DNA from: Eutreptiella sp. 'Long Island Sound 2002'
Lineage: Eukaryota; Protista; Euglenida
Length of the DNA stretch: 64,000 nucleotides
NCBI GenBank assembly: GCA_964036045.1
Contig: OZ038378.1
Span: 145,700,001 to 145,764,000, forward strand
Reading direction: 5' to 3'
The translations under genes and the position numbers were made by a program. Below, in pieces: positions 11,961 through 22,790 of the stretch. Every line of letters begins with the position of its first letter. Position 1 is the stretch's first letter. The notes under the pieces are model-generated. The model saw only the letters and a list, made by a program, of their open reading frames with translations, ran no database searches and was not told where the DNA came from.

Positions 11961-12997
11961 TCATGCAGGACCTGCATGATAGTGTACCCGCCCATCGTTG
12001 GCCTCTGGGTAGGAAGGTCGTTTGGTGTTGCTGTATCTCATTGTCAAGGCCAAATCTCATGTTTCAGCCGTAGTCCTATGGCGGCCCATAGCGGCGGCGT
12101 CAGCCCCTCTCGTCAACAAATCCAAATTGCATGTAGCCGCTTGGGCTTTCACCATGTTTGTGCAAACATTGGTGTGGGAAATACCGGCTGGCTTTCTTAC
12201 CCTAAATCCCGAAGACATGGGTCCCTGGATCCAGCAGTTGGGGACATTGGGGGGCACATGCATACGTGAGGCAGATTGCAAGAAGCAGTTCAATGTTATC
12301 CCACCCTCGGCCGTCGCGGCACACATGTACTGGGAAGCTTCATGGCTCAAACTGCGGCGTCAATGGAGGGCCACCACCCTTGTCTTGAGTGTGTGTAAAA
12401 CCAATGAAAAATACAACCATCCAGGAGAGGGTAAGCAGAGTGTGTCGGCGTATGCTCCACCCTTACGGCGATGGGTGTATCCGTGTGTCTGCGTTCCATT
12501 GATGTGCTTTCGTATCTTATCCGACCTTACTTATCCAAACGCCTTGGGTTGCAGATGGGAATTGAAAATGGGCGTCCCACTTCAGAGTTTCTGGGCTGTT
12601 TCACAACGGCAGGTGAGCAACACGTTTATTGGAGCACTGCACTTTGTGTCCATGTGGGGTGGGATCCTCCTCAACAATGTGGCGTGGATGCAAGTGGCTG
12701 ATCTGTCCCATTATCCCAAGTCACTTGTGCAATCCTCGATGATCTACGCTGATCTGCGCTGCAATACGCGTCTTAGCCAGGACGGTTCGGTGGATATTCC
12801 TTTGGCTACTAGCACAACTGGGGTGTCCCACAGTAAGGGGGTGCATAGTAACCCCCCCAAAATGGACACCTCTGCCATTACCACATCTGCCCATATTGCT
12901 AGGACCTAGGCACATATTTATGTTCTCCATGTCCAAAATAGGGGAGGACATGTGTCTCTCCGCCCGTATGCCCTCGGTAGACAAAGTTGAAAAAAGT

Positions 12998-13192
12998 CAG
13001 TAACCCCCCCCGTTTGGGTCAGTAAGGGTTACTGACCTTGGGTCAGTAACCCCCTTACTGAGCAGTAACCCCCCTTACTGAACCCCCCTTACTGACTCCG
13101 TAACCCCCTTACTGACTCAGTACCCCCCCCTTACTGACTCAGTAACCCCCCCCTTACTGACTCAGTAACCCCCTTACTGACCCCCCTTACTA
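12998..13192. repeat. Internal block of CAGTAA-C5-TTACTG palindromic units (element 1, block 1)
   Basis: Tandem cagtaacccccttactga units related to the TIR. Confidence 0.9.
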
Positions 13193-13330
13193 AGTTTTGC
13201 GCTGTGTCCTTCCTGCACACTTTTGTTCTCCTTTTAGACTTTTTGTGGCCCCGGAGTGCCATGGCTTGTGCTGGGCTGCTGGCTGCCTTCCCGCCCGTCC
13301 TAACGTGGGTCAACCATGTCAATAACCTAG

Positions 13331-14167
13331 TTGGGACACGCGGGTACGGGGGGGGGGATGGGCACGGCGTGGGGCGGAGGCGGTGGGCAAGGAAGTGTGT
13401 GGTGTGGTGTCGTGCAGGCGGAAGGTGGGTGGGTCGAGTGCGCGGTGTTTCAGGTGCAAGCAAGCGTTGTTGTGTGGGACACACAAGGGTGTGTTGTGCG
13501 CGGACTTGGGCAAATCCGTGGCGTGGGCGGGCCGGCAACGGGGCTTGCAGAAACTGCGCAGCAAGCGTGGCTTGAGGAGCAGCACCGCATGGGGCCCTCC
13601 GGGAGGGGGATCAAGCGAGAGGCGCCCGAGGATGAGCAGCCCCCCTCCCCTGCTGGACAGTCGAAGACCTCGTCCCAGTCCTCCTCCCCCCCGTCCCAAG
13701 GGAAGGACAAGAGGAAGAGGCAGGGGCAGCAGAGGAACGTCGAGGGCGGGCGGGGGGGGGGGGCTCCTCAAGTTGGGGACGGGTTGACGGTGTCGGAGCT
13801 CCGTGCGGTTGTCGGGCGTGCTGTCTCCGAGTCGGTCAGTGAGGTAGTCCCAGAGGACACACAAGACGCAATGAGCGCGCTTGTGGGACTACCGGACCGC
13901 CCCGAGAGGATCGTGAAGGAGGCCGCCAAGGGTAAGGCGTCCAAAGCAGAGGCGGACCTGGCCGCAATGCGGCAAGTGACCGCTCAGCAGAAAGGTAGGA
14001 TCGTGGAGTTGGAAGCGCAAGTGCGCACGCTCCAAGAGGCGGTCCAAGCCGAAAAGCAGAAGACCGCCGAAGAACGCTCGGCACGAGAAAAGGCAGAGAC
14101 AGAGGCACAGGTGGTAGCAATGCACAAGAATGAGTTGTTGCAGGTGATCGGACAAGGGAAGAAGTAG
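13331..14167 (+). CDS. Accessory ORF of element 1: low-complexity region + coiled coil; probable Cys-rich N-terminus in another frame
   Basis: 278-aa frame with heptad-rich AMRQVTAQQKGRIVELEAQVRTLQEAVQAEKQK; overlapping frame 13383 gives CGVVSC..CFRC..LCGTH..C. Confidence 0.55.
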   Translation: MGHAGTGGGMGTAWGGGGGQGSVWCGVVQAEGGWVECAVFQVQASVVVWDTQGCVVRGLGQIRGVGGPATGLAETAQQAWLEEQHRMGPSGRGIKREAPEDEQPPSPAGQSKTSSQSSSPPSQGKDKRKRQGQQRNVEGGRGGGAPQVGDGLTVSELRAVVGRAVSESVSEVVPEDTQDAMSALVGLPDRPERIVKEAAKGKASKAEADLAAMRQVTAQQKGRIVELEAQVRTLQEAVQAEKQKTAEERSAREKAETEAQVVAMHKNELLQVIGQGKK

Positions 14168-14210
14168 TGAAGCATGCAGGTGCACGCGTCGTTGGGCGTG
14201 CGACTGATCG

Positions 14211-14440
14211 CATGAATGGATGGGTGGTTGCACGCGTGAATGGGCGCGTGAATGGGCGCGTGAATGGGTGCGTGAATGGGCGCGTGAATGGGTGCGTGAA
14301 TGGGCTCCCGAACGGATGGGTCATTAGACACGTGAATGGGCGCGTCAATGGGTGCGTGAAAGGGCTCATGAAGGGATGGGTCATTGGATGCGTGATTGGG
14401 CGCGTGAATGGGCTCATGAATGGGTGCGTGATCGGGTGCC
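14211..14440 (+). repeat. 12-bp tandem repeat (gtgaatgggcgc)n
   Basis: Directly visible array. Confidence 0.9.
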
Positions 14441-14685
14441 TAAAGGCACGTCGAATTCCTTTTCTGAGCAATGACAATGTGGTTGGCGCAGTGATGATGT
14501 GTTTCATGAGAGGTCCACCGATATCAACAATCTTTCCAACTCTTGTGACTTGAGGGTGCAGACAATGTCCTTTTGTGTTGTGCAACGCTTTGCTAGTGTC
14601 CATGGCATGGGCATACCATCTAAAAGAGTGAAACCACATTCAACCCCTAGGAAAACAGTTGCCTCGGTACACCACTTTCTAGGTC

Positions 14686-14782
14686 AGTAAGGGGGGTCAG
14701 TAAGGGGGTTACTGACTCAGTAAGGAGGTCAGTAAGGGGGGGGTTACTGAGTCAGTAACCCCCTTACTGATCCCCCTTACTG
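14686..14782. repeat. Internal CAGTAA-G5-TTACTG block 2, just upstream of the transposase
   Basis: Same unit as 12998-13192. Confidence 0.9.
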
Positions 14783-14792
14783 CCCCCAATTG

Positions 14793-16497
14793 ATGAGTAG
14801 AGACCAACGCAACAAGGATGCCGTTTTCCTAAGGCACTTCTTGCGTTGTGCCTTGGTCTTGGGGTCTTTGAGGGCTTCCAGTGGTGTAAGGGTGAGACGT
14901 TGTAGGTGCGCCTCAAACGTATCCACCGCCGCTTCCATTATAAAAAGCTGTGCACGCGTGGCAAGCGCCCTGCTAGGCACCATCGGCCACGCGCTGCGAC
15001 GTCTACGTCCACGTGTGGGGTGCCCCGAGTCGAGCCAGCGATGTAAGGAGGTGGGCCACATGGTGGGCCCTTGATGGTCGTGACGATGGACGATGCCTCC
15101 GTGCCGTCGACCGGCTTGCCGGCCTAGACAGGGAAGTTGAAGACCTTGAGCAGGATAGGGATATAATGTGGGGGGGTACAAGGTACACTTTTGAGGTGTT
15201 TGTCACCGGGGATGGAAAGCTGATGTTAGTCAGTAACCGTGGCGACAAGTGTTGGTGTTGTGGCAATGTGGAAAGCATGGTTCCCACCGTTTTTGTCGAG
15301 GCCCTGTGCCGTTGGGGCTCTTTTCTTCTTTTCTTTTCAATATTTTTTGAACATGATTAGCAGTTTTAATGAAGTACTGAATTTTTGGAACCTTCGGGAT
15401 CGAGTTCTGCAGAGGTGCTTTCTGACTGGCCTACCATGCGTACTGTAGGTGCATGCCAGCATTGGTGGTCAATGGTTAACTGTGTGATTGAATGTTTGTC
15501 TACTAACGTGGACATGTGCTATGTTGAGCGAGTCTTTGGAACAGCGAAAGGTGTGAGGTTCGAATTGGCATGAGTTATGCACGGGGCTATGGTAAACAAT
15601 GATTCGTTTTGAAGATTTGTGACCGACTATCCCAATGTGTCTTTCACGCTGGTTTCAGCCTATAATGCATTTGTGAGCAGCTGTTCTTGTGCACCGTTTC
15701 TCGCCGTGCTTGCCACCTCCGTCCCACCAAGGCGGCGCATTGGTGATTATAATCATTGTGCCTGCCGTGTTTTAAATGCCATTGTGACACGGGTGGGTTG
15801 GATGGTTGAGGATTGGGTAGCAGCCGACCACAGCAAGCGTGGTGCTGTGAAGGAGTTACAGGAACTCCATCAGCATGTACAAGCTGAGGCAGAGGCAATC
15901 CCACCTGCTGAACGCTTGCAGCAGAAACAAACAAAGGACGGAAAGTTTAGTCTGACCTCTAGTGCCTTGTTCTGGAGGAATCACCAAACACCAGACAAGT
16001 TGGTTGTGATCTTGTGTAGCCACTTTGAGCGTGAGGTGGTCGGGGAGAGAGGAATGCATACCCATGTCCTCATTAAGCTATTGTTGCGGTCTTTCGCAGG
16101 TATGTATAGTCTGTGGAGGGAAAAGGAGTACCTCACCCCCACTCAAGTTGCCCAAGCTCAGGCACATGCCCGTCAGTTTGGCGAGTGTTGGAGTGCCTTG
16201 GGGTGGAAGCCCACACCGTGGGCCCATTGGGCCGCGTGTCACAGTGGCAAAATTTTGGGGATGTATAGGTCTTTGTACCTGTTCTCTAGCATCCCCATTG
16301 AGTACCGCAACCGGACCTTCAAAGTCCGGTTGAAAAACAGTATGAGAGGTTGGTGCTTGAAGAAGCCGCGAGTGACGAGGCGTGGTATGGCCCATGTGGT
16401 CAACACGGATGCACTCGCGGTGGATGTACAATTGCGCAAAGCCAAGGGAGGACAAGGGGAGGCTTTGTTGGCACGCAAACGACGAAGGGCTGAGTGA
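14793..16497 (+). pseudogene. CMC/Transib/RAG1-like DDE transposase (disrupted)
   Basis: FEVFVTGDGK, CWCC, IGDYNHCACRV, TPWAHWAACH and FSSIPIEYRNRTFK occur in the order of RAG1 YDEK, CTLC, LHCD, TNYFHKTLAH, SEGNESGNK; stops, frameshifts and a ~370-bp interruption near 15320-15690. Confidence 0.75.
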
Positions 16498-16550
16498 TAC
16501 ATTTGATACTTGCCTGATTTCTTCATGCCCTAGTGTTGCTACGGTTAAAA

Positions 16551-16720
16551 CACAGTAAGGGGGGTCAGTAAGGGGGTTACTGACTCAGTAAGGGGGGTCA
16601 GTAAGGGGGGGTTACTGAGTGAGTAAGGGGGTTACTAAGTCACTAAGGGGGTCAGTAACCCCCCTTACTGAGTTGGGTTACTGCGGTAGTAAGGGTGTCA
16701 GTAAGGGGGGTTACTGAGTT
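16551..16720. repeat. Internal CAGTAA-G5-TTACTG block 3, downstream of the transposase
   Basis: Starts cacagtaagggggg, like the TIR. Confidence 0.9.
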
Positions 16721-17681
16721 TTGGGGGGGTTTCGCGAAATCGACACACCATGGAGTTCCGGGTAAACGAAGTTATACACCTCTAGAGTGGACATAGGGAA
16801 GTGTGTTGGACCACCCAGGGTGGAGAAAAACAACCGGGACACATGTTTGGGAGGGGGGGCAAAGTCAAACTCGAGAAGGGGGGGTTACTATGCACCCCCT
16901 TACTGTGTTACACCCAAACGGTCTTGTCCGGTCCAGATTTTTGTGTGAAGTGTGACTTTTGTGTGAAAGGTTGGGTCAGGGGTATTTGCATGTGGCGCAT
17001 CTTTTGGTTTTGGTGTTTTTTGATGATTCCATGAAGGTCAAGAGTTTTGCATGTAGACCATTTTGGCAGACCACAATTAAGACCGGTCTAGAGTGGTCTT
17101 TGTACCAACTAGAACGAACAGTTTGCGCAGCTTACCACACTTCACTCAACATGCACATACGACACACATACAGATCGTGCACACACATACCACCTACTCC
17201 ACACGTTGTAAGGATGATTCCCTAAGGTTCCCAGGGTATTGGAACACGGTATCATTGCATGATGGGCATGTAAATGTAGAATAATTGTGACAGATTAACC
17301 TTATGCAGTTTGTCCAGAGACTGGTCTGCACCGGTTTGGACCGGTCTTCTGATAAACTGAAACGAACCGCGCGGTCTGACCACTCGGTCTTTACGTTGCA
17401 GTTTATGGCGGGGTAGGTGTTTTGCACTCTCTTTGCTTTGCCATGCTTGTGTATGCATGCTCCCCAAAGGACTTTAGGCCACTGTGACGGTTTAATATGC
17501 CTTCCTGTGCAGCAAATGCAGGAAGCGCATTTCACACAGTTCGTACAAAGACTGGTCGGGACCGGTCTGGACCGGTGTCCATTTAAACTGAAACGACCGG
17601 TTCGTGCAGCTTGTGCACTTTGTGCCGTTTTCCATTTTTCAAGATGTTTTTCCACCTTTTTCCTTTAGTTTCTTCCTTGCC

Positions 17682-18020
17682 ATGCCTGTGGAAGGTCCCA
17701 GCCAAGCCCTCCCCCATGCCACCAAGGATGATAAGGTGGTCCCCCAGTCCTTCAAGAACATTGAGAGAGGTCAATGGGTAGTTTTCTTGAAGAAGGATTC
17801 GCACGGGGCACGTTATAGTGGGTTGGTGTCAAAGGTGGACAAAGGGAAGGTGACCCTTACAAACACAAAGGAGTACACCGAAGACAAAAACGGAAATGTG
17901 AAACGGCAACAAAACAAGGGTGATGTGGTGTTTGAGGCCGAAACGGTGGTAGGGAGTTGGATCATTCAAAAGGGTGCCAAGGCAAAGTCCGCCAAGGAAC
18001 GGGTGCAACAACGGGCTTAG
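17682..18020 (+). CDS. Small Sm/LSm-fold-like protein (112 aa)
   Basis: GQWVVFLKKDSHGARYSGLVSKVDKGKVTLTNTKEY..GDVVFEAETVVG resembles Sm1/Sm2 motifs as in the LSm14 N-terminus; ATG to TAG intact. Confidence 0.45.
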   Translation: MPVEGPSQALPHATKDDKVVPQSFKNIERGQWVVFLKKDSHGARYSGLVSKVDKGKVTLTNTKEYTEDKNGNVKRQQNKGDVVFEAETVVGSWIIQKGAKAKSAKERVQQRA

Positions 18021-18416
18021 GGGAGTCGGGCGGAGAGGTCCTAGAGGGCGTGTTCCGGTCAGTGGGGGGGAGGGGGGGGGGGGGGGGGGGCTCTAGCCGC
18101 CCAGCCACCCGGCTGCCCAGCCGCCCGGCCACCCGGCCACCCAGCCACCTAGCCACCCAGTGTAACTACGAAGACAGTGAAGTTTCGCTAAAACGCGGTA
18201 AATTGCGGCAAATCAAGGCAAAAATTGAGAACCCCACTTACTGCCCTCCTCCCACTTGTACCCCTATTCCACAATGTTTTTGGAACAAAAACCAAGCATC
18301 CTTGCTTTTGAATCACCCAAAACGCTGCCGCCATCACCCCACGGCAGCGTTTTTCGTGTCCGGTCGTTCTCTCTTCACCCACAGTCAAAACGGGGGCTTT
18401 CCCTGATTTTACCTCA

Positions 18417-18560
18417 TTTTGACACGCGCTAAAACTAGTTTTGACGCGCGCTAAAACAGGTTTTGATGTGCCATATACCTACTTTTGTCCTAGGTTTGCA
18501 ACCCTGCATTGCAAGCTAAAACTGGTTTTGACGTGCGCTAAAACTAGTTTTGTCTTAAGC
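18417..18560. repeat. TTTTGACG(T/C)GCGCTAAAA repeat block (element 2, block D)
   Basis: Directly visible; same orientation as the other three blocks. Confidence 0.9.
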
Positions 18561-18667
18561 TAAATCATGGTTAAATGCAACCGTAGCCCTTCCTTGGGTA
18601 CATACACACATGTACATGATCATGCACGCTGAGGCACATGGCACGAGCACAACAACAATCTGTCTTC

Positions 18668-20467
18668 TCATTTCTGTACCCCCTTCAAGTGCTTCCAAGC
18701 ACTTTTGTTCTTCAGGTATGCCTCTTGCTTGGTCCACGCCGGTTCCCACACATTAAACCCCTTATTTAACAAACTATAGTCCATATTGTCGTTTCGGATG
18801 AGTTCACCCCAACTCTTGCGCACTCCCCTGAGCCTGCTCCCCTTCCCTCCCCCCTTGAAAGACCTGTTTCTGACCTCCTGCTTCAGCGCCTTGTGTCTCC
18901 CCTCTGCCTTGAACCCCGCCGTCAGGCTCAAATCCCCGTACAAACCTGCCACCTCAACCATGTGGTCTACCCACAAGTGGGGCCACAAACTAATACTAAG
19001 TCCTAAAGCCCTGTGCACTGCCCCCATCACCTTCAGGTCAGCCCTCAACTCATTCACCTTGGTCGCTGTCAAGAAACCCTTTTCCCATACCAGGTTAGCG
19101 GTCCTTCCCATGCAAAAGCACCCCCCACTGCCTGAACCCCTCCCCCCATGGCACGCGCACACCGTTATGCACAATGTCGTGTTGCAAAAGGTTGCTGTTT
19201 TGGAGCTCGTCGGCAATGCACTCCCATCCCTGAGCCTTAATCCATTCCCCTGCCGCAGTCTGTTCAATGTGCACTCCCTCCCTATCCTCCCCAACCACAT
19301 CCTGCGCGGTCACTGTTCGAGCTTGGATTCTTATGGGGTCCAGGTAGAACTGGACCCACTCCGACGCTCTTTTTTCCGTAAACGCATGTTGGTCACGTAA
19401 TGCATTGTAAAGCCCTGTGCACCCGCAACACACCATGCGGTGTGCCCCATGCAGCCCGTACTCCGGTGGCCTCTGTTTAGGCTTCACCGCACTCAACACC
19501 ACCCCTATGTGTTCCCACTCATCCTTAATTCTTCCATGTCCACTGCCAAATTGGTTCACACACACCTCATGACTCCTCCCACACAACCAACACACAACCG
19601 CCAAGGGGTGGGCAGTGGTCCACCCCTTGCACGCGCTCAACGCCACATGCCCCTTCCCATCGGCTATGATCTCAAACTCAACGCTACACTCGAAGCCGTT
19701 ACTATCTATGTACGTTGTTTGTTGTACGTCTTTTATCTCATCGTTCAATTCGGCCACCGCACTCAACCGCTGCAAGACACTCTTTTTCTCCGGACCATGC
19801 ACGAACACCCACGAACCGTAGGGTAATGAGCTTCGCACATCCCCCACGCTGAAGTGCAAGAAGCTCCGATTGTGGCTCCGCGTGCCATCGATCGCGATCA
19901 CCACCAAAACTTTTCCACGATGCAATTGTGGTGCCCGAGTGGCCCACATTACCTGCGTAACAAAAGGAAAACGCACTGCGTGCACCTCATGGGTGTTTAT
20001 TGAGCGACGCAGTGCACTTCGAGCACCCCCCACACCTCCAATTTTTGTTTTAACGACGTTTTGCACCCCCGCACTTGGGCACGAAGCAGACGGGACCCTT
20101 GCAACGTCTCCGTCTCCAAGCTGAGTTCCGTGACCTGGGGCACACTTAACGCACGCCTCTGCGAAAGCACTGTTGCCATGGGCGTGCACCAAACGGACGT
20201 TGTGAAACCATACTGGAGCTGGCGCAGGGAAAGTCCTTGCCGCCGCATGTCCCACAATGCAGCCTGCACACAAAGTTCAGGCCCGGCATGAGGTTCGGCA
20301 GCTGCTGCATGACATATCAATTCAAGCGAACGGCGTTGCCGGGGCACCAGCCGCACATCCCAGTCCTCCCCCAATATAGCGTGCACCTGCACACGCAGAG
20401 CCCTTAGGCGCTCACGGCGGGTGGTATGGTTGCGGGATCCCAACTCATGATACTGCAAGTATGCCAT
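18668..20467 (-). pseudogene. CMC/Transib/RAG1-like DDE transposase (~600 aa, two frameshifts)
   Basis: VVIAIDGT (D1), EFEIIADGKGH (D2-x-K), CWLCG, YGLHGAHR, SLWPHLWVDH (HxxxxH), GFKAEGRHKALK (E); pieces in ORFs 19997-20626, 19095-20273 and 18668-19300. Confidence 0.85.
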
Positions 20468-20519
20468 GGCAGTCTGCGTGGCACAAAGGACAATTGGAGT
20501 GTGTGTTTTGCGGGTTTGC

Positions 20520-20715
20520 CGTGTTTTGACGCACGCTAAAGCGTGCTTTGACGTACGCCAAAGCGCGTTTTGACGTGCGCTAAAGCGTGTTTTGGCGTCA
20601 GGTAACGTGTGTTTGACATGCGCCAACGTGTGTCTTGACGTGCGCTAAAGCGTGTTTTGACGTGCGCTAAAGCGTGTTTTGACGTGCGCTAAAGCACGTT
20701 TTGGCGCGCGCTAAA
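20520..20715. repeat. TTTTGACGTGCGCTAAA repeat block C, upstream of the transposase
   Basis: About 8 units. Confidence 0.9.
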
Positions 20716-20726
20716 ATGCGGTAAGA

Positions 20727-21182
20727 TTAGGCGAACAAACTTGCGGCCCTCATCTGTGCCCACACTGGTCCTTGAATCCAGAGGTAGTGCCTTCCCCCCT
20801 TCCCTCCCGAATGACACGAAAATGTAACGACCGCTGGGCGGTCGCCGTCCGTCCACCAGATTTCCCACAAAACATTACATAGGTGCATCCCCGGCGGCTT
20901 CTCCCATGGATGGCCGTTTGCATTGAGGCGCTGATGGGCTTCACCGTTGGTCCGCGTCGCAATGTCGTTTGCGGCAACTGACAGATACTCTGCCGCATCA
21001 GCGCGGCTGGGCGGCTCACTGATCCACAGCCTGACCCCGTTTGGGGCAACTTCCTTTTGGCAGGTGCGGAAAGCAACACGGTGTCGTAGCCGGGCTTCAA
21101 TCACGGCGCTGCGAGCTGCTCGTTCCTGCTCCTTGTGCTCCGACCGTGTGTGGGTTCTCTTCTTCTTCCCCATGACAAACAA
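20727..21182 (-). CDS. Element 2 small ORF, unknown function (151 aa)
   Basis: Intact frame, basic NLS-like start MGKKKR, co-oriented with the other element genes. Confidence 0.45.
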   Translation of the reverse strand: MFVMGKKKRTHTRSEHKEQERAARSAVIEARLRHRVAFRTCQKEVAPNGVRLWISEPPSRADAAEYLSVAANDIATRTNGEAHQRLNANGHPWEKPPGMHLCNVLWEIWWTDGDRPAVVTFSCHSGGKGGRHYLWIQGPVWAQMRAASLFA

Positions 21183-21286
21183 AGCTGTGGAGAGAGTGCG
21201 GCAATGGGGGGCACATCACGGCCATCGGGCCAGACAGACACCCCCACTACTGCCAACAACTCTCTTACGCCTCACCTTGACTACTA

Positions 21287-22522
21287 TTAACCCCCCCCCC
21301 CCCGGACGATACTTTCGACACTGTACTTCTCCAGCAGTTTGTTGTGTTGCTCTACCGCAACAGGGGGCGCCGCCTGACCCTTCTCCTTTCCCAACGTGTC
21401 AATCAGCCATGAGGTACATTGCAGAGCCGTCACTGCGCTCGTCAAAGATCCATGCAATGCGCCCGCGGCTTCTCGGAGGTATCGCGTCGACCCCGCGCTG
21501 TCCCCCTCGTCACTGACACCTGCCACGGGCGCACTCCCGGCCTGTGGCTTTGGGGCTTTCAGGAGCCGGTCCTGCAAAGACTTGCGCTCTGTTTCCCATT
21601 TGGCTTCCCTCGCACGCCATTGGTCTTCACGTGTCTTGCTTGCTGCCTCGAGGCGCTTCAGCTCCGCTGCATGCGACTGCTGCAGTTGATCCACCTCGCG
21701 CTTATGCGCCTCGCGCATCTGGTCCAGCAAACCCGGTGCCACGTCCTCAGCTTGGCCCGCTCGTACTGGTGGGGGCTTGGCCTTCTTCTTGTTCAATGTG
21801 AGCGGGACTCCCACTCTCCGGCGCTTTTCGCGCCCCCCAAGTGACTGCCCGCCGTCTGACTGCTCAGCTTCCGACTGCTCGCCGGTCGATTTCTCCTCAA
21901 TGTCCACGTCGATGGTCTTACGCAGCAGTCGGTCCTCCCGCTCACGGTGCTAGCGGACCCTGAAGGCATGCGCGCATGCTTCTGCCGTCGCTTGGCAAGC
22001 GTGGCCGTCCAGGGAGCACACCACGTTACACGCGAGCACATGTGACCACTCAAAGCATCGCCTCCTCTGCAGCTGCCCCAAGGTATCAAAGAAGCAACCC
22101 ACAAGGTACACATGCGTTGATCTCTGTCTCGTATACATCAACGGGACAAGCAAGGTCTCCTCCCCCTTCCGTGACGCCACCAGCACCCAAAATGGGCAAG
22201 TCACCGTGAATGAGTCCATGTTGCTGCGAAGCCCGCAGGTGATGATCATTTTCTCAGCAACCAGGCCATCCGCATCGGTAATCTCCACCGCAGTTTTGTC
22301 GAGCGTGGCCTCCTTCTTGAATTGCCGACGCTCCATGAAGTCAATGTCAGGCGTGCAAATGGTCGTGGGATCCATCGGGTCTGCGTCGCCCTTAGACTCC
22401 GCATCGTCTCCGACCGGTGCACCTTCGCCTGCGGGTGACGATGTCAACGGCGGTGCAATTACTAGCTGGCTGCTTGGCGTCAGCTTTGGGTCCTCCAGCG
22501 CGCCGTAGGACAAGGGGTTCAC
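21287..22522 (-). pseudogene. Element 2 accessory ORF (~410 aa): beta-rich N-domain + coiled coil, one internal TAG
   Basis: ORFs 21950-22522 and 21287-21907 are in the same frame, separated by a single stop; coiled coil DQMREAHKREVDQLQQSHAAELKRLE. Confidence 0.55.
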
Positions 22523-22582
22523 GGCCGCAACTGGAAGATGAACCTACAAGAACGTGGAACATGTTTCCACTTGCGTTACCGC

Positions 22583-22790
22583 ATTTTGACGCGCGCTAAA
22601 GCCAGTTTTGACGTGCGCTAAAACCTGCTTTGACGTGTGTTGAAAGCGGTGTACTACAAAGCAAAGCGCATTTTGACGTACGTTAAAGCACGCTTTGACG
22701 TGCGCTAAATCGCGTTTTGACGTACGCGAGACACGTTTTGACGTGCGCTAAAACAAGGAATGACGCGCGCTAAAACAAGGAATGACGCGC
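22583..22790. repeat. TTTTGACGTGCGCTAAA repeat block B
   Basis: About 7 units between ORFs. Confidence 0.9.

Larger units (their letters stand above)
12824..16912 (+). mobile_element. DNA transposon 1, CMC/Transib/RAG1-type transposase plus accessory ORF
   Basis: Perfect 30-bp TIR CACAGTAAGGGGGTGCATAGTAACCCCCCC at 12829 and (rc) ending 16907, extendable outward to TGTcc/TGTaa termini; no TSD found. Confidence 0.85.

Noticed and set aside
12829-12870. Full V(D)J-type RSS (heptamer + 12/23 spacer + nonamer)
   Set aside because: No ACAAAAACC-like nonamer at either spacing on either end, and the terminus may lie 5 bp outside the CACAGTA
12022-12909. 295-aa plus-strand ORF
   Set aside because: Runs across the element 1 TIR boundary and has no recognisable motif; probably antisense to degenerate coding sequence
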